Positions 1 to 9,524 of a stretch of DNA of 64,000 bases are shown one piece after another. The stretch covers positions 480,001-544,000 of the forward strand of contig CBDCUI010000007.1 in NCBI GenBank assembly GCA_965222615.1, in the 5' to 3' direction. The DNA comes from Gammaproteobacteria bacterium. Its GTDB lineage: Bacteria > Pseudomonadota > Gammaproteobacteria > UBA4575. Positions within the stretch are counted from its first letter, which is position 1, and each line of letters starts with the position of its first letter. Under the pieces are notes generated by a model. The model did not search any database, was not told the origin of the DNA, and saw only the letters and a list, made by a program, of their open reading frames with translations. The position numbers were made by a program, and so were the translations under genes.

Positions 1-924
1 TGGGAAAATTCCACCTTCAGTATTTGCTTCTCTCGGATCATCTGTAATAAAACTCCAAAAGGTCTTAATATAAAAAATTACTTTTTCTCCCAAACTCATT
101 GCATTAGGTCGATAGGCTTTAACCACATCAGCAAGTTTGATTTGAACATCTCTGCCGTCCATGATTTTAGCTGTGATACTGTCTGTTGATATTTCTTTAT
201 AAAGAGTATTTAACTCACTCTTCAACTCTTCATAATTCGCGTTAAGTTCTGTGCGTCTATCTTCTATTTCTTGAAATCTTTCATTTTCAGTAACTCTATC
301 TAATTCCAGTCTACGTTTTTTTAAACGTAATTTTTCAATATGGTAATTAATACGACCAATTTCTATTTTCTCTATATGTTCTATTCGCTCTCTTAAATCA
401 GCAACTCTCTCAAGCCGTGTGTCTAATTCTCGCCACATAGCGGATTCATCTAAACTTAGGACTTCATTATTGCTTTTAATCTGTTGTAAGAACCCATAAA
501 AGTTCCCCCATTGAGTTCGCTCGAGCACTAACACATCTTTAGGTTTATTTACCTTCAATTCATTCGGCGCAACGGTTAACATAAAATCGACACCAAGTGT
601 GTCTCGATTGCCTACTTTAATAAGGCTCCGTTCGATAATGTCGTCGTCAGTTTTTATTTCAATCCCAGATTCAATAATTCTTTGTTTAAACACTTCCTCA
701 GTTTCTACTCGCTCACCAATAATTCGGACTGTTTCATCATTATCAAGATACTCAATTTCATAAACGGTTTTGGGCCAAAAATGGCCTAAGCCACGAACAG
801 CAATCAGTGCTAACAACCCTGCCACCATGATAATGCTTATCGTTACCGCCCCCGCATTTAACCAAATCCACGGTGTGCCTGATTTATAAAACGGATCTTT
901 ATGAATTTTTTTGTGAGTTGACAT
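1..924 (-). CDS. pstA: Phosphate ABC transporter permease PstA, long form; 3' end runs off the window
   Basis: Not in the ORF track. ATG at 924 reads MSTHKKIHKDPFYKSGTPWIWLNAGAVTISIIMVAGLLALIAVRGLGHFWP, the N-terminus of Pseudomonas-type PstA; lies directly downstream of pstC. Confidence 0.9.
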   Translation of the reverse strand, partial: MSTHKKIHKDPFYKSGTPWIWLNAGAVTISIIMVAGLLALIAVRGLGHFWPKTVYEIEYLDNDETVRIIGERVETEEVFKQRIIESGIEIKTDDDIIERSLIKVGNRDTLGVDFMLTVAPNELKVNKPKDVLVLERTQWGNFYGFLQQIKSNNEVLSLDESAMWRELDTRLERVADLRERIEHIEKIEIGRINYHIEKLRLKKRRLELDRVTENERFQEIEDRRTELNANYEELKSELNTLYKEISTDSITAKIMDGRDVQIKLADVVKAYRPNAMSLGEKVIFYIKTFWSFITDDPREANTEGGIFP

Positions 925-940
925 TGTTTTTTCGTAAAAT

Positions 941-3220
941 TTAAAGCGAGCTATATTTTTCTCGCAGTCTTTGTCTAACGACTTCTGCAATAGTGTTAAA
1001 GAAAAAAGTAAAAATAAACAAAACAAGTGATGCTAGAAACAATACTCTAAAGTGTGTGCTATTGACTTCAGATTCTGGCAGCTCAACGGCAACATTTGCA
1101 GACAATGTGCGCATGCCTTCAAAAATACTGAAATCCATCACTGGTGTATTACCAGTAGCCATTAACACAATCATGGTTTCACCCACTGCACGGCCAAGTC
1201 CAATCATAGTGGCAGAAAATATACCTGGACTTGCTGACGGTAATACGACACGCACTAAGGTTTGCCAAGGGGTCGCACCAAGCGCTAAAGATCCTGAAGT
1301 TAAGTGTTTAGGCACACTAAAAACCGCATCTTCGGAAATAGAAAATATGATAGGTATTACTGCAAATCCCATCGTCAAACCGATAATTAAGGCATTGCGT
1401 TGGTCATAACCAATACCCATGGTATCGGTTAACCAAAGTCGCACGTTGCCATCAAAAAATACTTGCTCCAACCAAGGGCTAAGCGCCAAACTCAGCCAAG
1501 TGAAAAATAGTACAACTGGTAACAATAAAGCAGCTTGCCAACCATCTGAAATTTTATGGGTTATGGTTTCTGGTAATTGCCACCATAGATAACTTGCTGC
1601 AAACACACCCAGAGGCACTAACAACAAAGTTGTAAACACACCAGGAAGATTTAATTCAACGTAAGGCGCTAGCCACAAACCTGCTAAAAATCCCAATATT
1701 ACAGTGGGTAACGCAGCCATGATTTCAATAGAAGGTTTTACGACATTGCGCATTTTTGGGGCCATAAAATATGCTGTAAAAATAGCGCCACATATTGCTA
1801 AAGGCATGGCAAATAACATGGCATAAAATGCAGCCTTAAAAGTGCCAAAAGTTAAGGGTGTTAGACTAAACTTTGGTTCAAAGTCACTGGAGGCCGATGA
1901 AGATTGCCAAACGTAGTCGGGTTCCGGATAACTTTCATACCAAACCTTACCCCATATTGAACTCATTGAAGCTTCAGGATGTTCGCTATCAAGCTTCCAA
2001 ATGTGTAGTTGCCCGGTTACATCTTCTACAATTAGCTTGTCACTTCTTGGCGCAATCCCTAATCGCGTAAGAGAGTTGTCTGAAATATTTTCCGTTATTA
2101 AATGTCGTGAGGCCGTGGTATGAAAGATGGATATGTTTCCATCTTCATCCGTTGTAAGAAAGCCCTTACGCAACAGTTCACTCGTAATATTAGAAATTTT
2201 AGAAGTACCACTTTTAAAATTCCTAATTGCAGTTAAATGACGCGCACCGTCCTCACTGCGTACTAAAAACAATTGATGAACGTTACCATGATCGTCTGCT
2301 AACAATGATGATATGCCGCCAATTAAAAATTCAAAAGAGGTTGGGCGGTTGCCATCATCTAGTACTGAAACATCTTCTATGTGAACAGGTTCATCTTTAG
2401 TACGTATGTCATAAAATGATATGGCACCTTGTTCATTGAGTATGTATAACCACTCACGCTCTGGGGAAAGTAATGCCTTAAGTGGTTTATCGGTATATGG
2501 CAATATTACTTGGCTAGTCAGTTCTAAAGAAATATCATCTTCATCTAAAAATGAAGTTTCATTTTCAAAGTTAATTAACCTAGCACCACTTCCAGTGTAT
2601 ACAAAAAATGTTAAACCATCTTCATTATCACTGATGGCTAAGCTATGTAGTTCTTGTTCACCAATTTCTAGGTTCAGTGGTTCATCACCGTATGGATAGG
2701 TAATGCTGGGAATGATAGTTCGCCCGTCATTGCCATATTTCAATGCATATTCATGTCTAAAAATTAATACTCGTCCAGTATTGAGCCCTAATCCAATAAT
2801 ATTTTTTTCAGGATCTATATTTGCCCAGCTGGTTACTTGTACATCACTGTCTGCCAGCAGACTATTACTTTCGATTATTTGCCCAGTATCAATATAAAAG
2901 AATTGCGCCACACCTTTATTATCGAGGCGCATTGCAATTTCTGCTTGTTCCTCTATCGAATAGTGTAATGTTTCATCTGAACTAGCATTGCTTAGGGTAT
3001 AGCTGGCAATTTCGTGCAGACTTGCTCCCTTGAACAAAGGAAAAACTACTGCGAACAAAAATAAAAAAATAAGAATTATAGAAGCGATGACGGCAATACC
3101 ACCGGCCCCTACTAAATAACGAGCAAGAAAATCTTTTATAGAACGTCTGCGCCAAAGCGCGTGATCAAATACTAGCGGTTTTGGAACGATCAACTTAGAA
3201 GAGCCTGATTCTACCGACAT
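941..3220 (-). CDS. pstC: Phosphate ABC transporter permease PstC with large periplasmic insertion
   Basis: C-terminal permease motifs (SLALGATPWQT, GRAVGETMIVLMATGN); between pstS and pstA. Confidence 0.92.
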   Translation of the reverse strand: MSVESGSSKLIVPKPLVFDHALWRRRSIKDFLARYLVGAGGIAVIASIILIFLFLFAVVFPLFKGASLHEIASYTLSNASSDETLHYSIEEQAEIAMRLDNKGVAQFFYIDTGQIIESNSLLADSDVQVTSWANIDPEKNIIGLGLNTGRVLIFRHEYALKYGNDGRTIIPSITYPYGDEPLNLEIGEQELHSLAISDNEDGLTFFVYTGSGARLINFENETSFLDEDDISLELTSQVILPYTDKPLKALLSPEREWLYILNEQGAISFYDIRTKDEPVHIEDVSVLDDGNRPTSFEFLIGGISSLLADDHGNVHQLFLVRSEDGARHLTAIRNFKSGTSKISNITSELLRKGFLTTDEDGNISIFHTTASRHLITENISDNSLTRLGIAPRSDKLIVEDVTGQLHIWKLDSEHPEASMSSIWGKVWYESYPEPDYVWQSSSASSDFEPKFSLTPLTFGTFKAAFYAMLFAMPLAICGAIFTAYFMAPKMRNVVKPSIEIMAALPTVILGFLAGLWLAPYVELNLPGVFTTLLLVPLGVFAASYLWWQLPETITHKISDGWQAALLLPVVLFFTWLSLALSPWLEQVFFDGNVRLWLTDTMGIGYDQRNALIIGLTMGFAVIPIIFSISEDAVFSVPKHLTSGSLALGATPWQTLVRVVLPSASPGIFSATMIGLGRAVGETMIVLMATGNTPVMDFSIFEGMRTLSANVAVELPESEVNSTHFRVLFLASLVLFIFTFFFNTIAEVVRQRLREKYSSL

Positions 3221-3251
3221 GTTTTATAAATTATAAAGTTAACTATTTATG

Positions 3252-3281
3252 AAAAAAAGGCTCTGGTTTTACAGAGCCTTT
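3252..3281 (-). terminator. Intrinsic terminator or mRNA-stabilising hairpin between pstS and pstC
   Basis: aaaggctctg-gtttta-cagagccttt stem with a T run on the minus strand. Confidence 0.75.
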
Positions 3282-3350
3282 GTAATCAAGCAAACCTAAC
3301 TATGGCCAGCAGACCCAACCTATATATAGGTTTTTGTTGTTATTTGCTGC

Positions 3351-4364
3351 TTACTTTGCAGCACTAACTTGCATTGTACTTTTCTCAAGCTCAACTGAAG
3401 CTAAAGCTTTATCTGCCACCTTTGAAGGCAACGGAATATATCCATCTTTAACTACTACCTTTTGTCCCTGAGTAGATAACACCATTTTGATGAATTCACT
3501 CTCTAGTGGCGATAAAGGTTTACCAGGTGCCTTGTTGACATAAACATATAAAAACCGCGCAAGTGGGTATTTACCAGAAATTGCATTTTCAGATGTTGCA
3601 GCAATTTTCTCTCCATCAGCTTTTTTGGATAGAGGTACTGCCTTTACACCTGAGGTTTTATAACCAATACCAGAATAACCAATGCCATTCAGTGATGAAG
3701 ATACAGACTGCACAACCGATGCAGATCCAGGTTGTTCATTCACGGTTGATTTGAAGTCGCCCTTACATAGTGCTTTTTTCTTGAAGTACCCGTACGTCCC
3801 GGATACAGAATTACGACCAAACAACTGAATATCACGTCTTACCCAATTTCCTTCTAGGCCGAGATCACCCCATGTGTCGAAGTCGTTATCTCCACCACAT
3901 TTGCGTGTGTTGGAAAATATTGCATCAACTTCTGCAATAGATAGACCAGTTATAGGGTTGTCTTTATGTACATAGACGGCCAATGCATCAATCGCAACAG
4001 GAATTGCGGTAGGTTTATAGCCAAATTTTTTCTCGAATGCAGCAAGCTCTTTATCTTTCATCTTGCGGCTCATCGGTCCTAGATTTGAGGTGCCTTCGGT
4101 AAGTGCAGGCGGTGCAGTAGAAGAACCCGCTGCTTGAATTTGAATATTAATATTTGGATAAAAACGTTTGTACTCTTCCGCCCAAAGTGTCATTAAATTT
4201 GCCAAGGTGTCCGAACCCACACTGGACAAGTTTCCGGAAACACCGCTGGTAGCCGTGTACTCACCCAGCTCCGCATCCACCTTTATATCTGCTGTAGCAA
4301 AGGTAGTAATGCTCAGTAATACTGTAGCAAATAGGAATTTAAATCTTCGAATCGAATTTTGCAT
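3351..4364 (-). CDS. pstS: Phosphate-binding periplasmic protein PstS
   Basis: Signal peptide; [20 protein letters not shown] and [10 protein letters not shown] motifs. Confidence 0.95.
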   Translation of the reverse strand: MQNSIRRFKFLFATVLLSITTFATADIKVDAELGEYTATSGVSGNLSSVGSDTLANLMTLWAEEYKRFYPNINIQIQAAGSSTAPPALTEGTSNLGPMSRKMKDKELAAFEKKFGYKPTAIPVAIDALAVYVHKDNPITGLSIAEVDAIFSNTRKCGGDNDFDTWGDLGLEGNWVRRDIQLFGRNSVSGTYGYFKKKALCKGDFKSTVNEQPGSASVVQSVSSSLNGIGYSGIGYKTSGVKAVPLSKKADGEKIAATSENAISGKYPLARFLYVYVNKAPGKPLSPLESEFIKMVLSTQGQKVVVKDGYIPLPSKVADKALASVELEKSTMQVSAAK

Positions 4365-4443
4365 AAACCACTCCTCGTGATTGATTACTCATTGTTTCCA
4401 CATAAAATTTAAAATCCAAGTATTACAAGCATATGGGTGAAAT

Positions 4444-4461
4444 ATTACAGTTTTATGAATC
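4444..4461 (-). promoter_or_regulatory. Pho box upstream of pstS
   Basis: Minus strand GATTCAT-AAAA-CTGTAAT matches the 7-4-7 PhoB consensus CTGTCAT-AAAA-CTGTCAT. Confidence 0.75.
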
Positions 4462-4467
4462 TATAAC

Positions 4468-5793
4468 CTATTGATTTATATTGGTTTTCCCATTAAAAAC
4501 CAACCGCTTATTAGGAAAGCTACAACTAAACTTAGTACCTTGCCCCAATTTGCTGGTGATAGTTAATTGCCCTTCGTGGCGTTCAATTATATGTTTTACG
4601 ATTGACAGACCGAGACCGGTTCCACCTTTCTCACGTGAACGTCCTGCATCCACACGATAAAATCTCTCCGTCAACCTATCGATGTGTTCTGGTGCTATAC
4701 CTTCACCATTATCTTCAACTATAAACTCTGCAGACTCATCATCGGTAAGTCTCCAAATAGTATTAATAACTGTACCTGCACTAGTATGCTTAATGGCGTT
4801 ACTTATCAAATTAGATATTACACTGTGAATTTCTTGCAAATCACCTTTAAGCATGACATCAGTCTCTATCTGCAGTTTTATTTCGTGATTTGTAAACCAC
4901 ATAGAGAGCTTTGAATCCTCCACTACATCTGTGATTAGTGATGTCACAGGAATCGCATCAGTGTCTTTTGCAACTGCTGTTGTAGATTCAATACGCGATA
5001 ATGTAAGTAAATCTTCAACTAATTGCTTCATGCGCTTGGCTTGTGACTCTGCAGACTGCACTGCAGTTTTACATTCATCAGGAAGTTCTTGGTGTTCGGA
5101 CAAAGTCTCCAAATAACCAAGAATCACCGTTAAAGGAGTACGCAGCTCATGTGATGCGTTTGAAATAAAACTACGGCGCATTTCATAAATCCGTGCTGAT
5201 TGCGACATGTCCTGTGCAATCAATACCAATCTATCTTCACCAAACGAAAATATTCTAATACTTAATTCCGGTTCATTTGCAGCAAGTCCGCGAATTTCTA
5301 AAGGTTGGTCAAATTTTCCTGCAAAGAAAAAATCTGTAAAAGCTGGATCACGAATCAGTTGGGTAATTCTGTGACTGACATCAGTGACAGGATTAATTTG
5401 TAACAACTCACTGGCAGCATGATTTGAAGAAAGTATTTCTCCTGAAGCTGCCATCACTATTACTGCATCTGGCAATGCAGTAATCATTTCATTAAATTGA
5501 CTAACTAAATTTTCTAGTTCGTTTTGCTTAGCTTGATTATTTTTTTGCAAATCAACAATACTAGATACATGCTGATCAGCAATACCTAAATATTCTGGCG
5601 CATCATCAACTACTGCACCACCATCTAACCATTTTTTTAATGTAACAAGTTGTCTAGCAGTCCATAGACCATAGATAATAAGGCCAAAAATAAAGAAGAA
5701 AGGTAAGTACCCAGATATTAGGCCAAGTAAAACACATGGGACAAATACTATTAAGACTCGATTGAGTTCTGATAACCATGCAGTAGGTGACAT
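4468..5793 (-). CDS. phoR: Phosphate regulon sensor histidine kinase PhoR
   Basis: N-terminal TM, PAS region, H-box ASHELRTPLT, HATPase ERFYRVD..RSR..GGTGLGL; follows phoB. Confidence 0.95.
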   Translation of the reverse strand: MSPTAWLSELNRVLIVFVPCVLLGLISGYLPFFFIFGLIIYGLWTARQLVTLKKWLDGGAVVDDAPEYLGIADQHVSSIVDLQKNNQAKQNELENLVSQFNEMITALPDAVIVMAASGEILSSNHAASELLQINPVTDVSHRITQLIRDPAFTDFFFAGKFDQPLEIRGLAANEPELSIRIFSFGEDRLVLIAQDMSQSARIYEMRRSFISNASHELRTPLTVILGYLETLSEHQELPDECKTAVQSAESQAKRMKQLVEDLLTLSRIESTTAVAKDTDAIPVTSLITDVVEDSKLSMWFTNHEIKLQIETDVMLKGDLQEIHSVISNLISNAIKHTSAGTVINTIWRLTDDESAEFIVEDNGEGIAPEHIDRLTERFYRVDAGRSREKGGTGLGLSIVKHIIERHEGQLTITSKLGQGTKFSCSFPNKRLVFNGKTNINQ

Positions 5794-5796
5794 TTA

Positions 5797-5934
5797 GGGT
5801 ATTTCTAAAAATAGTACTATTTTGTGAGAACAAGGATGCACCGCGTGCAGAACTAGAGTGTATATATAATACATGAGAATTCGGATATGTGGCAGACGTC
5901 ACTGTCGCAAAAAAGGAGATTTTTAGAAGTGCCC
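5797..5934. repeat. 138-bp palindromic intergenic element (ERIC/RPE-like)
   Basis: Terminal IR gggtatttctaaaaat / atttttagaagtgccc (14/16); central gagtgtat-atata-atacatgag hairpin shared with other copies. Confidence 0.75.
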
Positions 5935-5935
5935 G

Positions 5936-6625
5936 TTATGTTTTTGCTGAGAATCGATAACCATATCCACGTACAGTTTGAATCATTTGATCACAATCGA
6001 GTGGCTTGAGTAACTTTCTTAACCTAACGATATGCACATCGACAGTACGCTCTTCAACGTACATATTCCGGCCCCAAACATAATCTAACAACTGATTACG
6101 TGTATAGACTCGGTCCGGGTGGGTCATAAAGAACTCAAGTAGTCGAAATTCTGTTGGTCCCATGTTAATAGATTGGCCATCCACGTAGGCTCTGTGCGCA
6201 TCCAGATCTAATAATATTGGTCCGATATTGACTTCATTTTCGATCGAACCTGTACCCCTACGTAAAACGGCACGGATACGTGCAGAGAGTTCTTTAACTG
6301 AAAACGGTTTGGTAATGTAGTCGTCCGCTCCAGAATCAAGGCCATCAATTTTGTCACGTTCTTCAACTCGAGCAGTTAGCATAATCACAGGTATTTCTTG
6401 TAGGAGCTCTTTACGTTTCCATCTTCGAATCAACTCCAAACCACTGACATCCGGCAACATCCAATCCAATAAAATCAAGTCCGGTAAACGATTTGCGATT
6501 TGCAATTCTGCCGAATTGCCATCTTCTGCCTCATCTATAACATAACCTTCCTGGCCCAGGGCAAATGAAACCATCTCACGAATAGACTGTTCATCTTCGA
6601 CTAACAAGATTCGTTTAGTACTCAT
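5936..6625 (-). CDS. phoB: Phosphate regulon response regulator PhoB
   Basis: REC plus winged helix; LDWMLP, GPTEFRLL, VEERTVDVHI, IQTVRGYGYRFS. ATG at 6625 preferred over the track start at 6640. Confidence 0.95.
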   Translation of the reverse strand: MSTKRILLVEDEQSIREMVSFALGQEGYVIDEAEDGNSAELQIANRLPDLILLDWMLPDVSGLELIRRWKRKELLQEIPVIMLTARVEERDKIDGLDSGADDYITKPFSVKELSARIRAVLRRGTGSIENEVNIGPILLDLDAHRAYVDGQSINMGPTEFRLLEFFMTHPDRVYTRNQLLDYVWGRNMYVEERTVDVHIVRLRKLLKPLDCDQMIQTVRGYGYRFSAKT

Positions 6626-6722
6626 AACTTGAGCTCGCAACTGCCATGATTCATCTGATATAAATTGATTTTGTATAATTGTAAACCCATAGAATAAAGA
6701 ATCTGCATTATTTTCGACTTTT

Positions 6723-6740
6723 ATTACAAAACGATTACAT
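6723..6740 (-). promoter_or_regulatory. Pho box upstream of phoB (autoregulation)
   Basis: Minus strand ATGTAAT-CGTT-TTGTAAT, 11-bp period. Confidence 0.65.
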
Positions 6741-6837
6741 AATATTTAATTAACCAATTTGATACAGACTTGAATATCAGGTTCTAGCAGCCAAAAAGTA
6801 CGCATCATTCCAATTGCTCGTTTCATGAAACGACAAT

Positions 6838-6855
6838 TTGTAATGAAAATGTAAT
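6838..6855 (+). promoter_or_regulatory. Pho box upstream of the phosphate porin
   Basis: TTGTAAT-GAAA-ATGTAAT, about 100 bp before the start codon. Confidence 0.7.
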
Positions 6856-6955
6856 ATTCCATCCTTATTCTCTTAATGCATAACTAGCAAGATCCATACA
6901 AAATGGAATACAAATATTTTGAAATTTAGCAATTGAAAATAGGGAGACTTCTCTA

Positions 6956-8254
6956 GTGAAACACAATTTAATATTTATTAACTTAGTTAGCTTATCCTTA
7001 TCTCTCCTGGTTACCTCAACAGTATTTGCAGGAGCAGTAACTTCTGATGAAGAAATCACAATCAGCACAACTGGTGGTGGCATTAAGATCAAATCAGATA
7101 ATGGCAATACTTTCCAATTTAGTGGATTTATTCAATATGACTTTGACAATTACGATGGTCTTTATAATGCTGGTACAGCAAGTGCAAATGACATTGGAGA
7201 TTCAGCCAATGAATCCGAGTGGCGTAGAACACGCATTAAGGCCAAAGGGACACGTGGAAAAAACTGGGCTTATGATTTTACCATCGATATAGACGATGAC
7301 GCTGAAGAAGCTTCGGTTGATAGCGCATCCATTCGCTACAAAGGATTTAACAACTTAGAGCTAATACTCGGACGATTGAAAGCACCTTTTAGCTTGGAGG
7401 AGCTTACTAGCGACAAATGGGTATCCACGATTGAACGTGCAGCAATTTATGAAGTAGGCAACTTTCTAAGCGGTAAACCAGATTTTCAAGCAGCTGTTCA
7501 TGGGCATTGGAATAACTTTACCGGACAAATTCACTTTGTTGATGAAGGCGAAGAAGATGACGATTCAAGTGATGCATTTAGTATAGCGGCACGAATCGCT
7601 AACCGTTTTCTGTTAGGAGGTCAGGAAACAAAAACTCATTTTGCGCATTTGGGTGCGGCTTACGCCAGCCGTGATTTCGGCAACCAAGGCAGCTCCATGG
7701 ATTTTCGTAGTCGACTCGCCATACACACATTAGGTGATCGACCCACTGCAGGGAATGATGTGGTAGTAGAAGATGGGGATCAATTTGGTTTAGAGGGTGC
7801 TTATGTAAATGGTCCATTCTCATTACAGGGTGAATATTTAACAGCCGATTTTGATGGTGAGGCTGCTGGCCCTGATGTCGATGCAGATGGTTTTTACGTT
7901 TTAGCAACTTATACCCTAACGGGTGAGTCACGTGGTTACAAGTTTAGCACTAATAAATTTGATAAGATCAAACCACATAATAATTTAGGCACATGGGAAG
8001 TTATTGCAAAGTATGAAGATGGAGAAGTCGATATTGATAACAACCCATTAGGTGATGCTGAATACGATATCACAACGCTGGGTTTAAATTGGTATCCAAA
8101 CACTAACCTGCGTTTCTCACTTAACTATTTAATGACTGATACTGATAACTTCCAGTTTGGAGGAAGTGGCGGCGGATTAGGAAATCCTACACTTGAATCT
8201 TTAGGTGAAGATGATGGAGATGCAATTTCCTTCCGTGCTCAATATGCATTTTAG
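6956..8254 (+). CDS. Phosphate-selective porin, OprO/OprP family
   Basis: Signal peptide; EWRRTR, PFSLEELTS, TGESRGY, LGLNWYPN motifs; C-terminal Phe; Pho context. Confidence 0.88.
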   Translation: MKHNLIFINLVSLSLSLLVTSTVFAGAVTSDEEITISTTGGGIKIKSDNGNTFQFSGFIQYDFDNYDGLYNAGTASANDIGDSANESEWRRTRIKAKGTRGKNWAYDFTIDIDDDAEEASVDSASIRYKGFNNLELILGRLKAPFSLEELTSDKWVSTIERAAIYEVGNFLSGKPDFQAAVHGHWNNFTGQIHFVDEGEEDDDSSDAFSIAARIANRFLLGGQETKTHFAHLGAAYASRDFGNQGSSMDFRSRLAIHTLGDRPTAGNDVVVEDGDQFGLEGAYVNGPFSLQGEYLTADFDGEAAGPDVDADGFYVLATYTLTGESRGYKFSTNKFDKIKPHNNLGTWEVIAKYEDGEVDIDNNPLGDAEYDITTLGLNWYPNTNLRFSLNYLMTDTDNFQFGGSGGGLGNPTLESLGEDDGDAISFRAQYAF

Positions 8255-8276
8255 ATAGAAATATTTAAAATATATT

Positions 8277-8305
8277 AAAAAGCCGCTTATTCAAGCAGCT
8301 TTTTT
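8277..8305. terminator. Bidirectional intrinsic terminator
   Basis: aaaaagccgctt-attc-aagcagcttttt between convergent genes. Confidence 0.65.
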
Positions 8306-8317
8306 GTATCAGCATTA

Positions 8318-8788
8318 TTATTGGGGTTCTACCCGGAAGACTTGTTCTAATAATTTTTGATTTTTATAAAAAACATAAAAACGATATTCGCCAGATACGA
8401 GCTCATATTGCTGTGCAAACTCAAATGCCATCGTATGCCGATAGTCTAGTTGTGATGCCTCTTGCAAAATCTCTATTTTATCAATGTATTCACCTGTTTT
8501 AGGATTAATCATAGTCGGCACAAGATAAATTAAATGTAACGTAGGTTCGCCAATAAACCCAGCACGTGATAACCAATAACGAACACCAAATTTTGTGCCT
8601 AATTTTGCATGTACAATAGTTGTCTTCTCTAATTCACCATCGCTTGATATCGTGCGATCTCCTTCTTCATAATTTTCGGCACCGCGCGAAAAAATTCCAT
8701 ATTCAAAATCATAAATAACTCGTTTTTCATTTGCATAAACGTGTTGACAAAATAGAAGTAATAACAACAAATTTATTAATATTTTCAT
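8318..8788 (-). CDS. Exported DUF3859-like protein
   Basis: Signal peptide; EYGIF, AKLGTKFGVRY and ELVSGEY...LLEQVF pattern recalled for DUF3859. Confidence 0.65.
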   Translation of the reverse strand: MKILINLLLLLLFCQHVYANEKRVIYDFEYGIFSRGAENYEEGDRTISSDGELEKTTIVHAKLGTKFGVRYWLSRAGFIGEPTLHLIYLVPTMINPKTGEYIDKIEILQEASQLDYRHTMAFEFAQQYELVSGEYRFYVFYKNQKLLEQVFRVEPQ

Positions 8789-8853
8789 TTTTGTATTTCT
8801 CTTACAGTTACCACATGAATTAACATGTTACAATTTACATTTACTAATATTTT

Positions 8854-8871
8854 ATTACAAAAACATTACAC
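8854..8871 (-). promoter_or_regulatory. Putative Pho box between the DUF3859-like gene and dgkA
   Basis: Minus strand GTGTAAT-GTTT-TTGTAAT, same form as the phoB and porin boxes. Confidence 0.55.
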
Positions 8872-8889
8872 AATTATTAAATACTGACA

Positions 8890-9264
8890 ATGGGGAATAC
8901 ACAAACAAAAGGCTTCAAACGTATTTATAATGCATTTTTCTACTCCATGGCAGGACTTGTTTCTGCTTGGAGAAATGAAGCTGCTTTTAGACAAGAAGTT
9001 ATTTTATCTATAATTTTATTTCCGACAGCGTTTTGGTTAGGGGAAAATGCACTGCAAATTGGCATATTGATAATTCCCATATTCATCGTGTTAATTACAG
9101 AATTATTAAATTCTAGTGTAGAAGCAGCCATTGATCGCATTAGTGATGAAAGACATGAACTTTCAAAACTGGCCAAAGATATTGGATCGGCTGCAGTTTT
9201 TGTTAGCTTAGTTACCCTAACATTAATTTGGGGTTTAGTGCTTTATGAAAGGTTCTTTTTGTAA
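8890..9264 (+). CDS. dgkA: Diacylglycerol kinase
   Basis: EAAFRQE, ELLNSSVEAAID, AKDIGSAAV; three TM segments. Confidence 0.95.
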   Translation: MGNTQTKGFKRIYNAFFYSMAGLVSAWRNEAAFRQEVILSIILFPTAFWLGENALQIGILIIPIFIVLITELLNSSVEAAIDRISDERHELSKLAKDIGSAAVFVSLVTLTLIWGLVLYERFFL

Positions 9265-9524
9265 TAAGCATCCTTCCGGTACCTTTGAATTATACAAACA
9301 AGATCATCTTGCACAGGCAGCTGGATATACCTGGGAAAAGGCATCAACGATGTTTTTTAATAATCTCACCCCCATTTCCAAGAGATAAACAAGTATTAAA
9401 ACAATGACATACCATCAATTTACCAAATAATTATAACCACCTAGCTAGAATTCACTGGCATGGGCTTAAGTTTGGAATATAATAATTTCTACTCATAACC
9501 AACTATAAAAATTAGAAACCTGGC

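Noticed and set aside
1-3220. Unusually long PstC and PstA
   Set aside because: Extended forms are established in Pseudomonas-type Pst systems
5654-5902. 82-aa ORF overlapping phoR and the palindrome
   Set aside because: Out-of-frame overlap produced by the repeat; no protein features
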